Assembly (NCBI RefSeq): GCF_001194135.2
Contig: NC_068994.1
Coordinates: 42,229,727-42,293,726, forward strand
DNA: 64,000 nucleotides
Reading direction: 5' to 3'
Source: Octopus bimaculoides
Taxonomy: Eukaryota
Position 1 is the first letter of the stretch. Every line of letters begins with the position of its first letter. A program made the translations under genes and the position numbers. The notes beneath the pieces were generated by a model. The model worked only from the letters and a program-made list of their open reading frames with translations, had not been told where the DNA came from and did no database searches. Below, piece after piece: positions 25,250 to 39,332 of the stretch.

Positions 25250-25292
25250 GAACCTGAAGATTGCATAGTTTAATGCATGTAAGTACTAGTTC
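25250..25292 (+). ncRNA. Minimal type-I hammerhead ribozyme fold with one core substitution, within a probable Penelope-like terminal repeat remnant (about 25030-25400)
   Basis: GAAC-CTGAAGA-T-TGCAT-agttta-ATGCA-T-GTAA-GTACT-A-GTTC. Stem I GAAC/GTTC, core CUGAAGA, stem II TGCAT/ATGCA, palindromic stem III AGTACT, cleavage triplet CUA. GAAA is replaced by GTAA (T25280). Confidence 0.6.
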
Positions 25293-25487
25293 AATCAGAA
25301 TGGACATTTAATATTCTATCATTTTATTATATTATATCATCCTGTGTTATAATATTATTATAAGATTGTAAATAAACCGTGAAAAGCAGACAAAGTTGGA
25401 ATTTCTTTGAATAATATATTCTTCTATACACAATCATACACACCCATGTGCATATGTATATATACTTATCTACATATATATATATAC

Positions 25488-25533
<46 letters not shown>

Positions 25534-26723
25534 ATACACACACATGCATATACATATGCATACACATACATTCATACACACAGATGCACATGTGCACAAC
25601 CACGTGCGTGCACACATACACACACACACACACACACTCACGTGCACGTGCGTGATGAGCTTCTTACAATTTCTGTCTACCAAATCCACTTGCAAGGCTT
25701 TGTAGAAAAACACCTGCTCAAGGTATTACACAGTGGGAGTGAATTGGAAACTAAGTGGTGGGGAAGCATGCTTCTCACTATACATCCATCCTTGCGCCTG
25801 TAACTGAAATGAGAAACGATTGGAAAGGTCTCACTGATAGTGTTCCTTATTAAGTTAGCCCCAAAAGATCTCATTGTTTGCATGTAAATCACACAACATA
25901 TTTTACATGATTGCAGTTAAATACATAGTGAGTGGGAGTTCTCCTGCTCAGTGTAGCAGTCAGACGCAGTATTAAATCATAATATCTGTATTAAAGTTTA
26001 TTGTATCAAGGTTGGTAGCACTACCAAAGTATTGTTCAATAATATGTAAACTTATTGAAATACATGATACTTGTCAGAACTGGTAAACAAATTTTCCCGT
26101 GAAAAATTATTTCCAGATATATGTGAAAATTGAAATAGATCTTTTATTTATTTATTTATTCTTATTTTATTTAAATTTTATTTTTTTTAATTTTATTTTT
26201 TTTCTGTGAGATAAACACATAGTTGCTATCAAAGTTTAAGCAATTTGTGATTGAAACAAAATTTATGATTGGTTTGGGATAACTTTCCTCATAAACAACA
26301 TATAGAGCTGCTTGTAATTGAAACATGAAAAATGTATTTTTTTAATAGCTTTTTCACCAAAATTTGTTTTTATTCTTTCATTGCCCTTTACAATACGAAT
26401 GACAACATACCTGTATCTCATTATATCATTTGAGCCTATATGCACACATGCATACATACACACACATACACACACACACATATATTTATTTCTATATGTA
26501 CATATTATAAATAGCACAGTATGAAGTATATGTATAATATCCATTGTCCAATTGATATTGGATGTTATGTGATTCTATAAAACTTTGTTATCTTTACCAC
26601 CTTCCAATTTGGAATTATATTCTCTGCCGGTTTTGTTTTTCAGTATAAAAACATTTTCAAAGTTTGAATTTTATTATTTGAAGGTTTTTGCTTTCAATAT
26701 ACATACACACACACATATAAATA

Positions 26724-26805
<82 letters not shown>

Positions 26806-27289
26806 CATATGTGTTATATGGATGTATATAAATTAAACAAGATATAACTAAGATATATGTGTGCGTGTATTTGTATGTGTATTTGTATGTGTATGAGTGT
26901 GTATTTCTGTGCGTGAGTGTATAAATATAAATATAATTATATATATATATATANNNNNNNNNNNNNNNNNNNNNNNNNNNNNNNNNNNNNNNNNNNNNNN
27001 NNNNNNNNNNNNNNNNNNNNNNNNNNNNNNNNNNNNNNNNNNNNNNNNNNNNNNNNNNNNNNNNNNNNNNNNNNNNNNNNNNNNNNNNNNNNNNNNNNNN
27101 NNNNNNNNNNNNNNNNNNNNNNNNNNNNNNNNNNNNNNNNNNNNNNNNNNNNNNNNNNNNNNNNNNNNNNNNNNNNNNNNNNNNNNNNNNNNNNNNNNNN
27201 NNNNNNNNNNNNNNNNNNNNNNNNNNNNNNNNNNNNNNNNNNNNNNNNNNNNNNNNNNNNNNNNNNNNNNNNNNNNNNNNNNNNNNNNN

Positions 27290-27347
<58 letters not shown>

Positions 27348-27913
27348 CGTGTGTGTGTAGACACCTACATACATATATACATATTTCATGTACTTAATTT
27401 TTTCCCTTCACTTAAAAAATATGATTTTTTTTTTTTATATATATATATATAGAGAGAGAGAGAGAATGTGTTGAAACTAACTAGAAGTTAACTGTATACT
27501 TATATTGTTACCTAGTAATGTTTACTCAGTTAAATTCTGTTTGATGTTTTCATGAGAAACAACAAAACAGGTTTAAGAAGATTTTACTTTGCATTACAAT
27601 ATTAAGTTTAGGTGTCTGGCAATTCTGAATTCATATACTATCACAGAATATTTTGAAACACTGACTATTAGTGAAAAGGGTGAGTGATTTCTTACATATT
27701 TTATTCATATTTTTTTTTATTCTTTTGTTGGTTTCAGTTACTAGATTGTAACTGTATTGGGATGCCATCATCAAGGATTTTAGAAAATTATATTCAGCCT
27801 AGAGTGTTTGCTGTTAGATACTTATTTTGTCAATCATTGCTGAAGTGAGTAGCTAAGTCACCCTTTTGAGTCAACTACTATATTTTACTAGCTAATGGCG
27901 TTGTGTTAAACTA

Positions 27914-27944
<31 letters not shown>

Positions 27945-28581
27945 CACACACATACACAATCATACACATATATTCATAGATAGATAGATAGATGGATACA
28001 TATATATAATGAATCGTAATAATGCGTTTTGAATAGCACAATAATACACCTTTTTATGTCCCATTCAAAATATATTATTACTATTTATTATTATTGTTTA
28101 CAAACAAAACACAATGCTTCAAGCGAACTACAATGCTCTCCTATATATATATNNNNNNNNNNNNNNNNNNNNNNNNNNNNNNNNNNNNNNNNNNNNNNNN
28201 NNNNNNNNNNNNNNNNNNNNNNNNNNNNNNNNNNNNNNNNNNNNNNNNNNNNNNNNNNNNNNNNNNNNNNNNNNNNNNNNNNNNNNNNNNNNNNNNNNNN
28301 NNNNNNNNNNNNNNNNNNNNNNNNNNNNNNNNNNNNNNNNNNNNNNNNNNNNNNNNNNNNNNNNNNNNNNNNNNNNNNNNNNNNNNNNNNNNNNNNNNNN
28401 NNNNNNNNNNNNNNNNNNNNNNNNNNNNNNNNNNNNNNNNNNNNNNNNNGCCGCTGACCTTGGTGAGAGAGACAAAAACCTGGCAATCTTATATCTTCTT
28501 TTCAAGTGAAATTCTTCACTGATATCGAAAAGGTGAAAACAAGCAATGTTAATTCTCTAAATGAAGTATTAACAGTAACTG

Positions 28582-28790
28582 CACGATAAAGTGTAGTATA
28601 TTGCCACTTAAGTGTAGCTGACCCGTGCTGCAGATGTTGGTGAGAGGGATAACTACCCTTGGCAAACAGGACACAGTCGTGTGTCGATAAGCCAGCTGGA
28701 GGAGATGTCCTCCTGGGGCTAAAAGCAACAGTAACATCCACCCCTAGGGGTCAGCCACACTTAAGTGGCAATATACTACACTTTATCGTG
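28582..28790. mobile_element. 209-bp MITE with 43-bp near-perfect TIRs (CAC...GTG termini)
   Basis: Left arm CACGATAAAGTGTAGTATATTGCCACTTAAGTGTAGCTGACCC (28582-28624) versus the reverse complement of 28748-28790: one mismatch. TG on both flanks. Confidence 0.85.
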
Positions 28791-29183
28791 TGTATATATA
28801 TATTTATAGATAGATAGATAGATAGACACAGACAAACAGACAGACAGGTAGATAGGTAGATAGACATGTGCGAAGTGATGCTCTCACCCTGCTAAATTAA
28901 TTTCATGAACACTTGACAGTGTAATATTTCTAATTGTATATATCACTAAATTAACACAGGAAAACAATAACCGTAATGCAAGCAATTTTTTATGCACTGT
29001 ACATATACTGTGTCATGTATAATTCATTAATGTTTCATATCCATCTTGAAATCTGTTTACTAGTTATGAAGTGCTGTGATGTACTAACATGAAACCTGTA
29101 ACTCCCAAGGAAGCAAGTCTATCAGAATATTGCAAAATATTGGCTGCTGCCAAACAAAACTGAATAGGGCTACCCAACATTCT

Positions 29184-29236
<53 letters not shown>

Positions 29237-29974
29237 CATATCATCATCATCATTATTTAATGTCCATTGTCCATGCTGGCATGGGTTGGTTGGTCTGACC
29301 AGAGCTGGAAAGATGGAGAGCTATATTGGGTACCAGTCCAATTTCACATGGTTTCTATGGCTGGATACCTTTCCTAACACCAACCACTTTACAGAGTGTG
29401 CCAGGAACTTTTATGAGGCATCACATGAGTGCTCTTATGTCTCACCAGCACAAGTGCTTTTTACATGGCACCAGCATAGGACTCTTGTAAGCCAATCATC
29501 TTCACCAGGGGGAGCAGCCTTAACACTGTGGAGCACATATATTCATATTCATATATATATGTATGCACATCTATATGTATTTATATACATATATATATAT
29601 ATGAATATGAATATATGTATGCATGTATGTATCTATATATATATATATACATACATGTATATATATATATATATACATACATGTATATATATATATATNN
29701 NNNNNNNNNNNNNNNNNNNNNNNNNNNNNNNNNNNNNNNNNNNNNNNNNNNNNNNNNNNNNNNNNNNNNNNNNNNNNNNNNNNNNNNNNNNNNNNNNNNN
29801 NNNNNNNNNNNNNNNNNNNNNNNNNNNNNNNNNNNNNNNNNNNNNNNNNNNNNNNNNNNNNNNNNNNNTATATATATAGGAGCAGGAGTGGCTGTGTGGT
29901 AAGTAACTTGGTTCCGGTTTCAGTCCCACTGCATGGCACCTTAGGCAAGTGTCTTCTACTCTAGCCTTGGTGGA

Positions 29975-30078
29975 TCATAGCAGCATTCACCAACTTAAAC
30001 AAGGAGACCATCCAGAAAAGTTGCAGGAGATTCTGGAGTCATCTGGAGGCCGTGGTTGAAGCCAATGGCGATTTTACT
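29975..30078 (+). mobile_element. Tc1/mariner-superfamily transposase C-terminal fragment
   Basis: IIAAFTNLNKETIQKSCRRFWSHLEAVVEANGDF matches the typical ...ACxxFRxRLEAVVEAxGG terminus. Confidence 0.6.
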
Positions 30079-30606
30079 ATATTAAATGTGCAATGGTGAA
30101 ATATTGAATATGAATGCATAAATTGTAAGAAATGAGAAGCAAAAATCAGCTGAGATTTTTGATGGGCATCAATGAATGTAGGACAGATGTCTAGACTGAT
30201 AGAGACTTGTGATGCTGAAGACTGATGGATACCAAATTTAAAGTGTTGTGTACTGTTGGTGAATGGTAACTATGTCAGAGCTAAGAGAAGAGAAGTGGTT
30301 CTGAGATCAGATATTAAACTGTTCCACCTCAAAAGAGAGAAAAGTGATTAAACATGATCAAAATGCATAGCAATATGCTCTACTGAATATTTATTCAACC
30401 TACTTCAGCAAAGAACAATTGGTGTTAAATTGAGTATGATGATGATGGTGGTGATAATGATGATGACAATGGCGACGATGACGGCAGAATTGATATCTGT
30501 GAATGTGAATGACTAAGAGTGCTTTTGTGTTGTGCATGATTGTGACTGCGTGTATGCTTAATTATTTTATTACATAAGTGTGTGTGTGTGTATATATGTA
30601 TGCATG

Positions 30607-30646
<40 letters not shown>

Positions 30647-32141
30647 AACACACTCATGTATGTGCATGTGTATGTATATATATGAATACAGAGTTCTTTG
30701 TAGTCTACATAATAGTGTATTAATAATAATGGTTTCAAATTTTGGCACAATTCTATGGCAAACGGGACAGTCAATTACTTCAACCCCTTTACTGCTTTTG
30801 CTTATTAGACCCCAAAAGATGAAAGGCAAATTTAACCTCAGTGCCATTTTAATTTGGAACATAAAGAGCAGGTAAAAATGCTGCTAAGTATTTTGTCTGA
30901 GACACTAAAAATTCTGCAAGCTTGCTGCCTTTCAATAAATCCTTAAATAAAGTCCAGGGTAGTGGATAACTGGATTTACTAGAGCACTCATCGACAAGCT
31001 GCAGCCCACAGGACTTTCTGAGTAGAATGCCAATCGAAAAATTACCTTGAATATTTAGTAGAGCAACTCATCTGATATTGAGGAATGTCTCATGCTGCCT
31101 GCTTCTTGAAGAAGATTGCCCATGCCTATGTTACAGTGTGAGAGGAGACGCCTTGTAGATTTTAATAAAAAAAAATTCAGATGGGTAACATTTCTTCATC
31201 TATAACTGGAACTTTGTCATCTATGATGATAAGGGTTCCAGTTGATCTGATCAACAGAACAACCTGCACATGAAATTAATGTACAAGTAGTTGATAAATT
31301 CAGCAGAAACATGTACCCTTAATATAGTTCTCAGGGAGATTCAGCATGAAACAGAAGCTGACCCTTTGAAATACAGGCACTACTCAGACACGGTCTGAGT
31401 CAGTTCTTGTTTGGAGTCACTGCTTTTCTGGACAGTTTAGGGACCACATTTTACTCACACACTCCATGTTTCTGTGGGTGGATACTCTTCATAACAACTA
31501 CTTTACAGAATACATCAATTATTTTTACAATGAAATTGTCTTTTATCCTAGGCATGACTTAAATTTTCTTCTCTACAATATTTAATCTGCCAACCACTTT
31601 GCAAAATGTACCGAATACCTTTTGTCATAGCATCAGCACTAACATGGTTGTCCTGTCCCTGACAATACTAAAAGAGTACTCTGTACACTACATTGTTTTA
31701 GTTCTCTGAAAGTGATTAAACTGAAAGAGTGAAATAGAAGACAGAATGCTGAAAGAGAGAACCAAAGCAAAAGGATGATAGAGGAGGAGGTAATGGAAGA
31801 GAGACAATACTGGAAAAAAGAGAGAGTGATGGTTTGTAATAAAATGGATGCTAGTAAAGGGAAATTGATTACAGATGGATCTGCTACCAGTTCACAGTAC
31901 ACAGACCACATGATGGTTTAGAAAAACAGCAATAAATGTATACAACCACTGGCAGAATTAATACTGTGTTTTAAAAGCCACTGACAAAATATATTTAATT
32001 CTAAGAAAGTAAAATGTAAATATATATGCACGTGTGCACATATGGGATTATATATGAATATACATGTATATATTAGTATGCATCTATGTGTGTATATACA
32101 GACACACCCACACACACACATATACATATTTATATACATAT

Positions 32142-32194
<53 letters not shown>

Positions 32195-32418
32195 TATCAT
32201 ATTCATATACATACAAATACACTCATACACGTATATATGTGCATGTATGTATGTTTATATATATATATGTACATATAAATATAAGCACACACATGCACAT
32301 ATATACATATGTTCAAAAACATATATTATGTAAAGCGAAGCAAAAAACAGAAAGAGCAACAGAATAAACAAAATATGATGAATATGGTATTATTTATTGG
32401 CACACACACACACACATG

Positions 32419-32461
<43 letters not shown>

Positions 32462-32902
32462 GCAGATTATATACTATATATATGTATGTATGCCCATACA
32501 TACGTACGTATGTATGTATGTATATGTGTACATACACATAATTCTGCAATAAAAATCTTAAATCTTCTCTAAAAGGAAGACTTTCTAGTTAATAGAGGAT
32601 AATTGATTTAAAAATCGTTTTACACTAATTGGACAAAACAGATTGAGAAAGACAGATTACATTTTATTATTGGGATTGTAATTTATATTTTATATTAAAT
32701 GACTAATATTTCCAGAAAAAGAATTATTTTGTTGTAAGTATTAAAATAATTCAATTTTTTTCTTTTGTATTTTATATTAAATTTGTTTTCGTTCATTTAA
32801 AGAGGATGTAACTTCACCTGTAGCCCATTGCAGCTATAGAGACAAGACATGGTGAATATTAGTATTATTATTATCATTATTATTAGTAGTGGTGGTTGGT
32901 GG

Positions 32903-32936
<34 letters not shown>

Positions 32937-33279
32937 GGAGGAGGAGGAGGAGGAGGTGGTGGTGGAGGGAAACTGATGAGCAAGTAAAATTGTTAGAACA
33001 TCAGATAATATGCTTACTATTATTTCTTCTGACTTTTTACATTCTGAGTGATTTCAAATCCTGCCAAAGTCGACTTTGCCTTTCTTTCTTTCTTTCTTTG
33101 GGAGAGTTAATAAAATAAAATAAGTCGTGTACTGGGGTCGATGTAATCAACTAAGCCCTTCTCTTTAACATTGCCGACTTTGTACCATAATTTGAAAAAA
33201 TTATTATGAAGATCACAAGCTGGCAGAATCGTTAGCGTGCCAGACAAAATGCTTAGCAACACTTTTTCCAACAAGAGGG

Positions 33280-34260
33280 ATGGATGACATGGCCAATAGT
33301 CTACAGGAGTCAGTGGAGGGGAGAAAAGGCAGGCCTAATGGACTCCTACTTTCATGCTAAATTCATCAGAGCAGTCATTGGCTACTCTCACTTTCGTTGT
33401 TGTATCCCTCTACATAGCTTGAACTGTCGACACAAGCAATTCATCTTCTCCTAGTATCCTCGGTGCCCACTAGATTACTGAACATTGTTCTCTGTCAATT
33501 ATTTTCTCCAAATCAACAGAAACCAGGTATAAGGGTTTATTTTTAACCACGTATTTCTTCTGTAGTTGCCTCACAAGGAAGATTGCATCTGTGGTGTCTC
33601 TTTTGAGGACTATGCTAAACTGCATCTCATTCATGTCTATACTATCATTTATCAATTGGGTTATGGCATTTTCAGTGATTTTCATAACTTGGTCTAGAAG
33701 CTTGATTCCCCAATAGTTGCTAAGCTATCTTGAATACCACTTCCCTGGATATTTCCTCAGTTGCATCTCTGCAATTATCACTGATGGATCTGTGGCTTTC
33801 CCCACTTCATGTCTTGATCACTTTATCTAGCATCCTGCTGTCAACTTGAATTGCTGGTCCCTCTACTGAATCTGCATTGGGTAATCCTTGTTTATCCATG
33901 TGTTCTCCACATTTGGCAGCCTTTCAGAATTGCATTTCCACACCAGTTTCTTTTGTTCCATAGTGATGGTGAGTTTGCTTTCATCATTCTAAATACAATT
34001 CTTACCAATGACACCTTTCATACATTCCCACTTCTGATCCTCACTTTGCAGGGCATGTGCAAATCTCTTCTATTCTGCCTTACTTTTTTTTAGTCAAGTA
34101 CATCTGATGCCAAGATGCCCTTCTAGTCACTAAGTAGCACTCCCTACCACCACCATCCTTCTAGTCTTTCTCTCAGAGCCTGTTAATTATACCATTCCAC
34201 TACCATGTTACCTTTTGTTTCACTGAGCCTTTGCTCCAACCACATGTCAAATCTGTAATG
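33280..34260 (-). mobile_element. Degraded RTE-clade LINE fragment (endonuclease-RT linker and RT domains)
   Basis: KITENAITQLINDSIDMNEMQFSIVLKRDTTDAIFLVRQLQKKYVVKNKPLYLVSVDLEKIIDR. Flanking pieces read ...DSVEGPAIQVD..., KATDPSVIIAEM, NYWGIKLLDQVMK and VQAM*RDTTTKVRV...EFSMKVGVH. Confidence 0.85.
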
Positions 34261-34324
34261 CTAAGCAGGTTATTTCATAAACATTCCCAGATATTGTCTC
34301 TGCTATAAGTATTTAAATCTACTA

Positions 34325-34693
34325 AATTGAAAAAGCAAACAAACTATGCTGCATCATAGATGCCCAGCTGACAACAAGGTATGCAATAAGGAAGAGAGAA
34401 AAGTTGGGAGATATGACAGGTTAGCTTGGGAGGTTAAGCAGTTGTGGTCGATGAAAAATGTAGCAGTAGTACCAATAATTATTGGAGCCCTGGGAACAGT
34501 GAGCAAAAATCTCGAGAAGTACATGGAACGAATAGGGGCTGCATTAAGGGTGGAGCACTTGCAGAAAACAGCACTGCTTGGAACCACCCGAATACTCTGG
34601 AAGGTGCTCGAAAAATAAGAGGTGTTACCTTAGTTCACTGGTACTACAGCTGACACTGTAGTACATCTCCAGTGTTAGAAGCTGTGCAAAGGC

Positions 34694-34728
<35 letters not shown>

Positions 34729-34740
34729 TAATAATGATAC
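34325..34740 (+). mobile_element. 5'-truncated R4/Dong-like non-LTR retrotransposon 3' end (restriction-like endonuclease C-terminus) with (TAA)n tail
   Basis: CIID / CPADNKVCNKEERKVGRYDRLAWEVKQLWSMKNVAVVPIIIGALGTVSKNLEKYMERIG...LQKTALLGTTRILWKVLEK*, a short 3' UTR, then (TAA)n from about 34694. Confidence 0.8.
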
Positions 34741-36619
34741 AGTTTTGAGAGGAGGTATAAGCCAATACCAGTGACAGGTATCAACTTATCTCTGGCAGTC
34801 ACTTTATTCTATCAGTCTCAGAGAGGTGACAGCAAAGTTGACCTTGGCAAGATTTGAACTCAGAATGTGAAGAGAAAAGAATGCCTCAAGACATTTTTTC
34901 CCAGTGCTCTAATGGTTGTGCAAATCCACCATCCTCAATAATTGTTTTGAGAGCTTAGAAACAAGGCTAGCAGCTGTGAAGGGAGGGGTTCAGTCAAATT
35001 CTTGACTGTAGTACTTGATTGATATTCTATTCTGTTGCCCCCCCCCCCAAGGATGACAGTTAACCTTGGCAGAATTTGAACTCAGAAATATAAAAAGTAT
35101 GAACAAATACTGCAAAGTTTTTTCTGCTGCTTAAACTTTCTGTCCAAAAATATGTTATTATCACTAATACCATGTTAAACCGCTAATGTCATGTGAGATA
35201 AAGGAGGAGAGATAAGAGAATAAGATCAAAGACTGACTTAGAAATACTTAGGAATTAATGAGCTAGACAGAGTATATAGACACTGAAATGAGAGAAAAGG
35301 TTAGGAAGGAATATTATAAATGCATTAGATTAATACATTAAACAGAGCTAAATGCAAAAACAAAGTAATAGCACCACTATTCTTGCTGTTCCAGTAATAA
35401 GTTAGAGTAATAATGTTCTCAACTGGACATTAAATAAACTCGCTAGACTAGACAGTGAAAACAAGAAAACTTACAACTGCATTTAGGATTCAATACATGA
35501 TATCTGACATAGAAAGATTATATTTACCAAAAAATAAAGGTAGCTAGAGGGCCCACAGTGGCTAGAACATTGTTATAAGATATCTACTGTAAGACTATAA
35601 AGATATCTAGTAAAGAATAAATGTTCACTAATATAAATGGCTCTGTCACAATGCCTAATCCTTGTTGCAGTTGGTGGTCTGTGTACCACTATGATCCTAG
35701 GAGCTATGCCAGTGAACTGTGAGCTCCTAGTGGGGCCTCACCATGCTGGAAAGATCAAAAGAGAGACCACCTCTTCCCAGAGGTAAAAATATGTTTGCTT
35801 CAAGTCAACTAGGAAAAAAAAAAAGCAAAGCTACAAGAAACAACAATGATGAATCAAAACCTAGAAAAGAAAACGACAGCCCAGAGTCAAAAAATGCAGA
35901 GAAGTTGTCAATGACCTATGTTCCATAGGGAACAAAGGGTATGCAAGTAATACTTTCTCTTATAGGCAGAAGGGCTGAAATTTTGGGGGAGGAGGATAGC
36001 CGATTACATTGATTCCAGTGTATAACTGGTACTTATTTCATCACCCCCCCACGAAAGGATGAAAGGCAAAGTCAACCTCGGCAGAATACAAACAGCTATG
36101 AAATTTGAACAAAATAAAAAAAAAACCTGATGTTTTCTGTTTACATGGATACCAAAAAATATAAAATAGAGACTGGAATGACAGTCAGTTACTTTCAACT
36201 TTTATTTTTTACTTGCCTCAGTCATTGGATGACAGCCATGCTGGGGCACGACATCAAAGGGTTTAATAAAAAAGGAAATAATCCCATTACTTATTTGTTT
36301 TTTAAGCCTATTCTGTCAGTCTTTTTTCTTTTTGCTGAACTGCTAGATTACAGGGACATACACAAACACCAGTAGCCAAACAATGGTAGGGGAACAAATG
36401 CAAACGCATGCACACACAAACACATATACAGCTCTTACTTTATCAAAGGATGAAAGGCAAAGATAACCTTGGCAGAATTTGAACTCAGAATGTAAAGACA
36501 GATGAAATGCTATTAAGCCTTTTGTCTAGCATGCTAATGATTCTACCATCTCACCGCCATAATAATAATAGTAATGATAATAATAGTAATAATAATAATA
36601 AAAAGAAGAAGAAGAAGAA

Positions 36620-36830
36620 TCCTTTCTACTGTAGAAAGACCCTGAAATTTTTGGGGAAGGAGCTAGTTGATTACATCGACCCCCAGTACTTAACTGGTAC
36701 TTATTTTATTGAACCCAAAATGATGAAAGGCAAAATCTGCCTTGGCAGAATTTGAACCCAGAATGTGAAGCCAGAAGAAAAGCAGCCAAGCAATTAGTCC
36801 AGTAGTTAATGATTTCATTAGCTTGCTGCC
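36620..36830 (-). mobile_element. SINE family D. Other copies at about 3215-3400, 20768-20945, 30760-30930, 32995-33260, 34760-35130, 35950-36110, 36445-36540, 53590-53790 and 58700-58920.
   Basis: Recurrent ttctgagttcaaattctgcc-aggtcgactttgcctttcatcc...aagtaccagttgagtactggggtcga body with (TTA)n tail. Confidence 0.8.
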
Positions 36831-36979
36831 TTAATAATAATAATAATGGTTTCGAATTTAGTGCTAGGCCAGCAATTTTAGGGGAGAGGTAAGTCAGTTA
36901 CATCAATCCCAGTGATCAACACTTATTACCTATTTTTCTATCTTTGGTCACATTGTTTTCATAGATATGATGGATAAGG

Positions 36980-37322
36980 ATAAAGACCCCATTCAGTCCT
37001 GAATGACCATGGGATTGCACCTAGAAAGTTACCCTCGGAGGCACAAGTTTGAGCAAGGTTGATTATGAAAGACTAGCAGTCGCCCATGCATACCAGCCTC
37101 CCCTTTACACACCACCGATGATATCCAAAGGGAAAGGCAAAGGCTGATACAGCTCAGCACCAGTGATGTCACAATTCATTTCTACAGCTGAGTGAACTGG
37201 AACAACGTGAAATAAAGTGTCTTGCTGAAGAACACAACACGCAGACTGGACCAAGGAATTGAACTCACTGCCTTCTGATTGTGAGCCTGATGCTTAAACC
37301 ACTGAGCCATACACCTTCACAT
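36980..37322 (-). mobile_element. SINE family B, full length
   Basis: Reverse complement of 19670-20013. Confidence 0.85.
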
Positions 37323-39288
37323 AGGTGTATTTGTTTACGAAATATAACTTGCAGGGCTGGTTCTGAATTCTATAGAAAATTTATAGAGATAAACTTAAAA
37401 GTAACAATTATTTGTACTTATTCAAATGCTTTCCATATTTGATTACATAAAGGACTCACTGGTATATAAGATGTTCTCCAGTTTCAACAGTGCATATTCA
37501 GATAAATAGTGGATGTGCATAACTTAGTGGTGAGGTTGTTGGGCTCATGTTCGTAAAATTGTGGTTTCGATTCCTAGACCAGGCAACACATTGTGTTCTT
37601 GAGCAAAACACTTCATTTCATGTTGCTCCAGTCCATTCACCTTGTAAAAATGAGTAATCCTGCAATGGACCGATATCCCATTTAAGGAGGAATTTACACA
37701 CCAGAGAAACCAGGTAACCAACCCTGTGCTTCTTAATGAATGATGTGGAGTAACCGTCATCATCATCATCATCATCATCATCATTTAATGTCTGCTTTCC
37801 ATGCTAGCATGGGTTGGACGATTTGACTGAGGACTGGCAAGCCAGAAGGCTGCACCAGGCTCCAATCTGATTTGGCAGAGTTTCTACAGTTGGATGCCCT
37901 TCCTAACGTCAACCACTTTGAGAGTGTACCAACCACTCCAAGTGTAACCATATTCAAGAAAATAAATTTTTGGTGCATTAAAGCTTATGAGAAGCCTAAC
38001 TTTCCATATAGGACCTAGGGTGACTTTTTGTAATATTTTCTCAAGGAAAAATGTGTCATATATGCCATCAAATATAGCAATATAAGCCTTGTTGTTTTGG
38101 TGGTCAAATGATATTTTGTTTCATGCCAATAGTATTTCTCTCTGTTGTATTGTTTTAGCTGAAACATGATATTAGTAAAAAAATGTATCATTGTGATAAT
38201 ATTTTGTTTTGTTTTCCTTATTTTCCATAAATTAACACAGGTTCTAGATTTGTTCCAAATGGGAGAAAATAACCATGGAAATATTTGGCATGTATTTGAT
38301 TAAAAAAAATGTGCATCCAAAATAAGGTCATTAGGGTTTGTATGAGATAGAAGCTTGCTAAGGGCTAAAAAAATACAAGAATAATTGATTATGTAGATTA
38401 ATGCTTGTCAGTAGGATAAGAAGAAAAAAGAAAAAGAAACTACTAGAATTATAATTAAAGAATGAATCCCCAGTTATTCTGAGTTGCCTCAGAATAATAA
38501 AGTATGAACTGAAGTGCTATGCCTGTTGCTTGAAAAACATGGAAGATAACAATAAATAATAATTTTGTTTTCTTTGCATCTAATTACAGCATTTTCTCGT
38601 CTAATTATTTGTCAGCCAGTAACCAATTGCTCAAAGGTTGTCAGGTCTGGCCTCCGTGAACATTCATAATATGTAAATTGCATATATTGTAGTAATGAGC
38701 TCAGCTGAATCCAATTTAGCAATTTTTATTGCATTCATTATAAGAAATAATGATATAAAGTTAATTAAAGTCTAAAGGTTAAGCCTATAAACAATAATGT
38801 TTTCAAAACCAAATTCCTTTCCATGACCTTAAACATAAGAATTGAAGAACTACCTGTTCTTAGAGGAATAATAAGTGCAGTTGATCTGCATATCTTAACC
38901 AGTTCACTGTCAAGTAGCTTCTGAATAATGTTGGTTTTTAATTTTCTTTACTGTGTTATTTTTTTATCTCTGTTATTAATTCACTTTTAAGTTTAACCTA
39001 TGTAAACAGACATATTTTACTATGATATGATAATAAATAATAACATGAAATATCTAATGTTTCTCCTGTATGTTTGTATGTGACATTGAATATATGGAAT
39101 TACTAAAGGATGGCATGAAATGAATGTAAAGGCATATCATATCACACCATGAATATATTTATAACTGATAAGTGTCTCTGCTTAAATATTTTGCTTCTCC
39201 AACATGTATTCTAAGCTTATTCTCATTATGAGACACCTTAGCCTTGTGTTGACCAATACCATGTGAGTATAATTTGGTAAATGAAATC

Positions 39289-39329
<41 letters not shown>

Positions 39330-39332
<3 letters not shown>

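Noticed and set aside
27590-27690. + strand donor AAGG|GTGAGT
   Set aside because: No open frame and no partner exons on the + strand.
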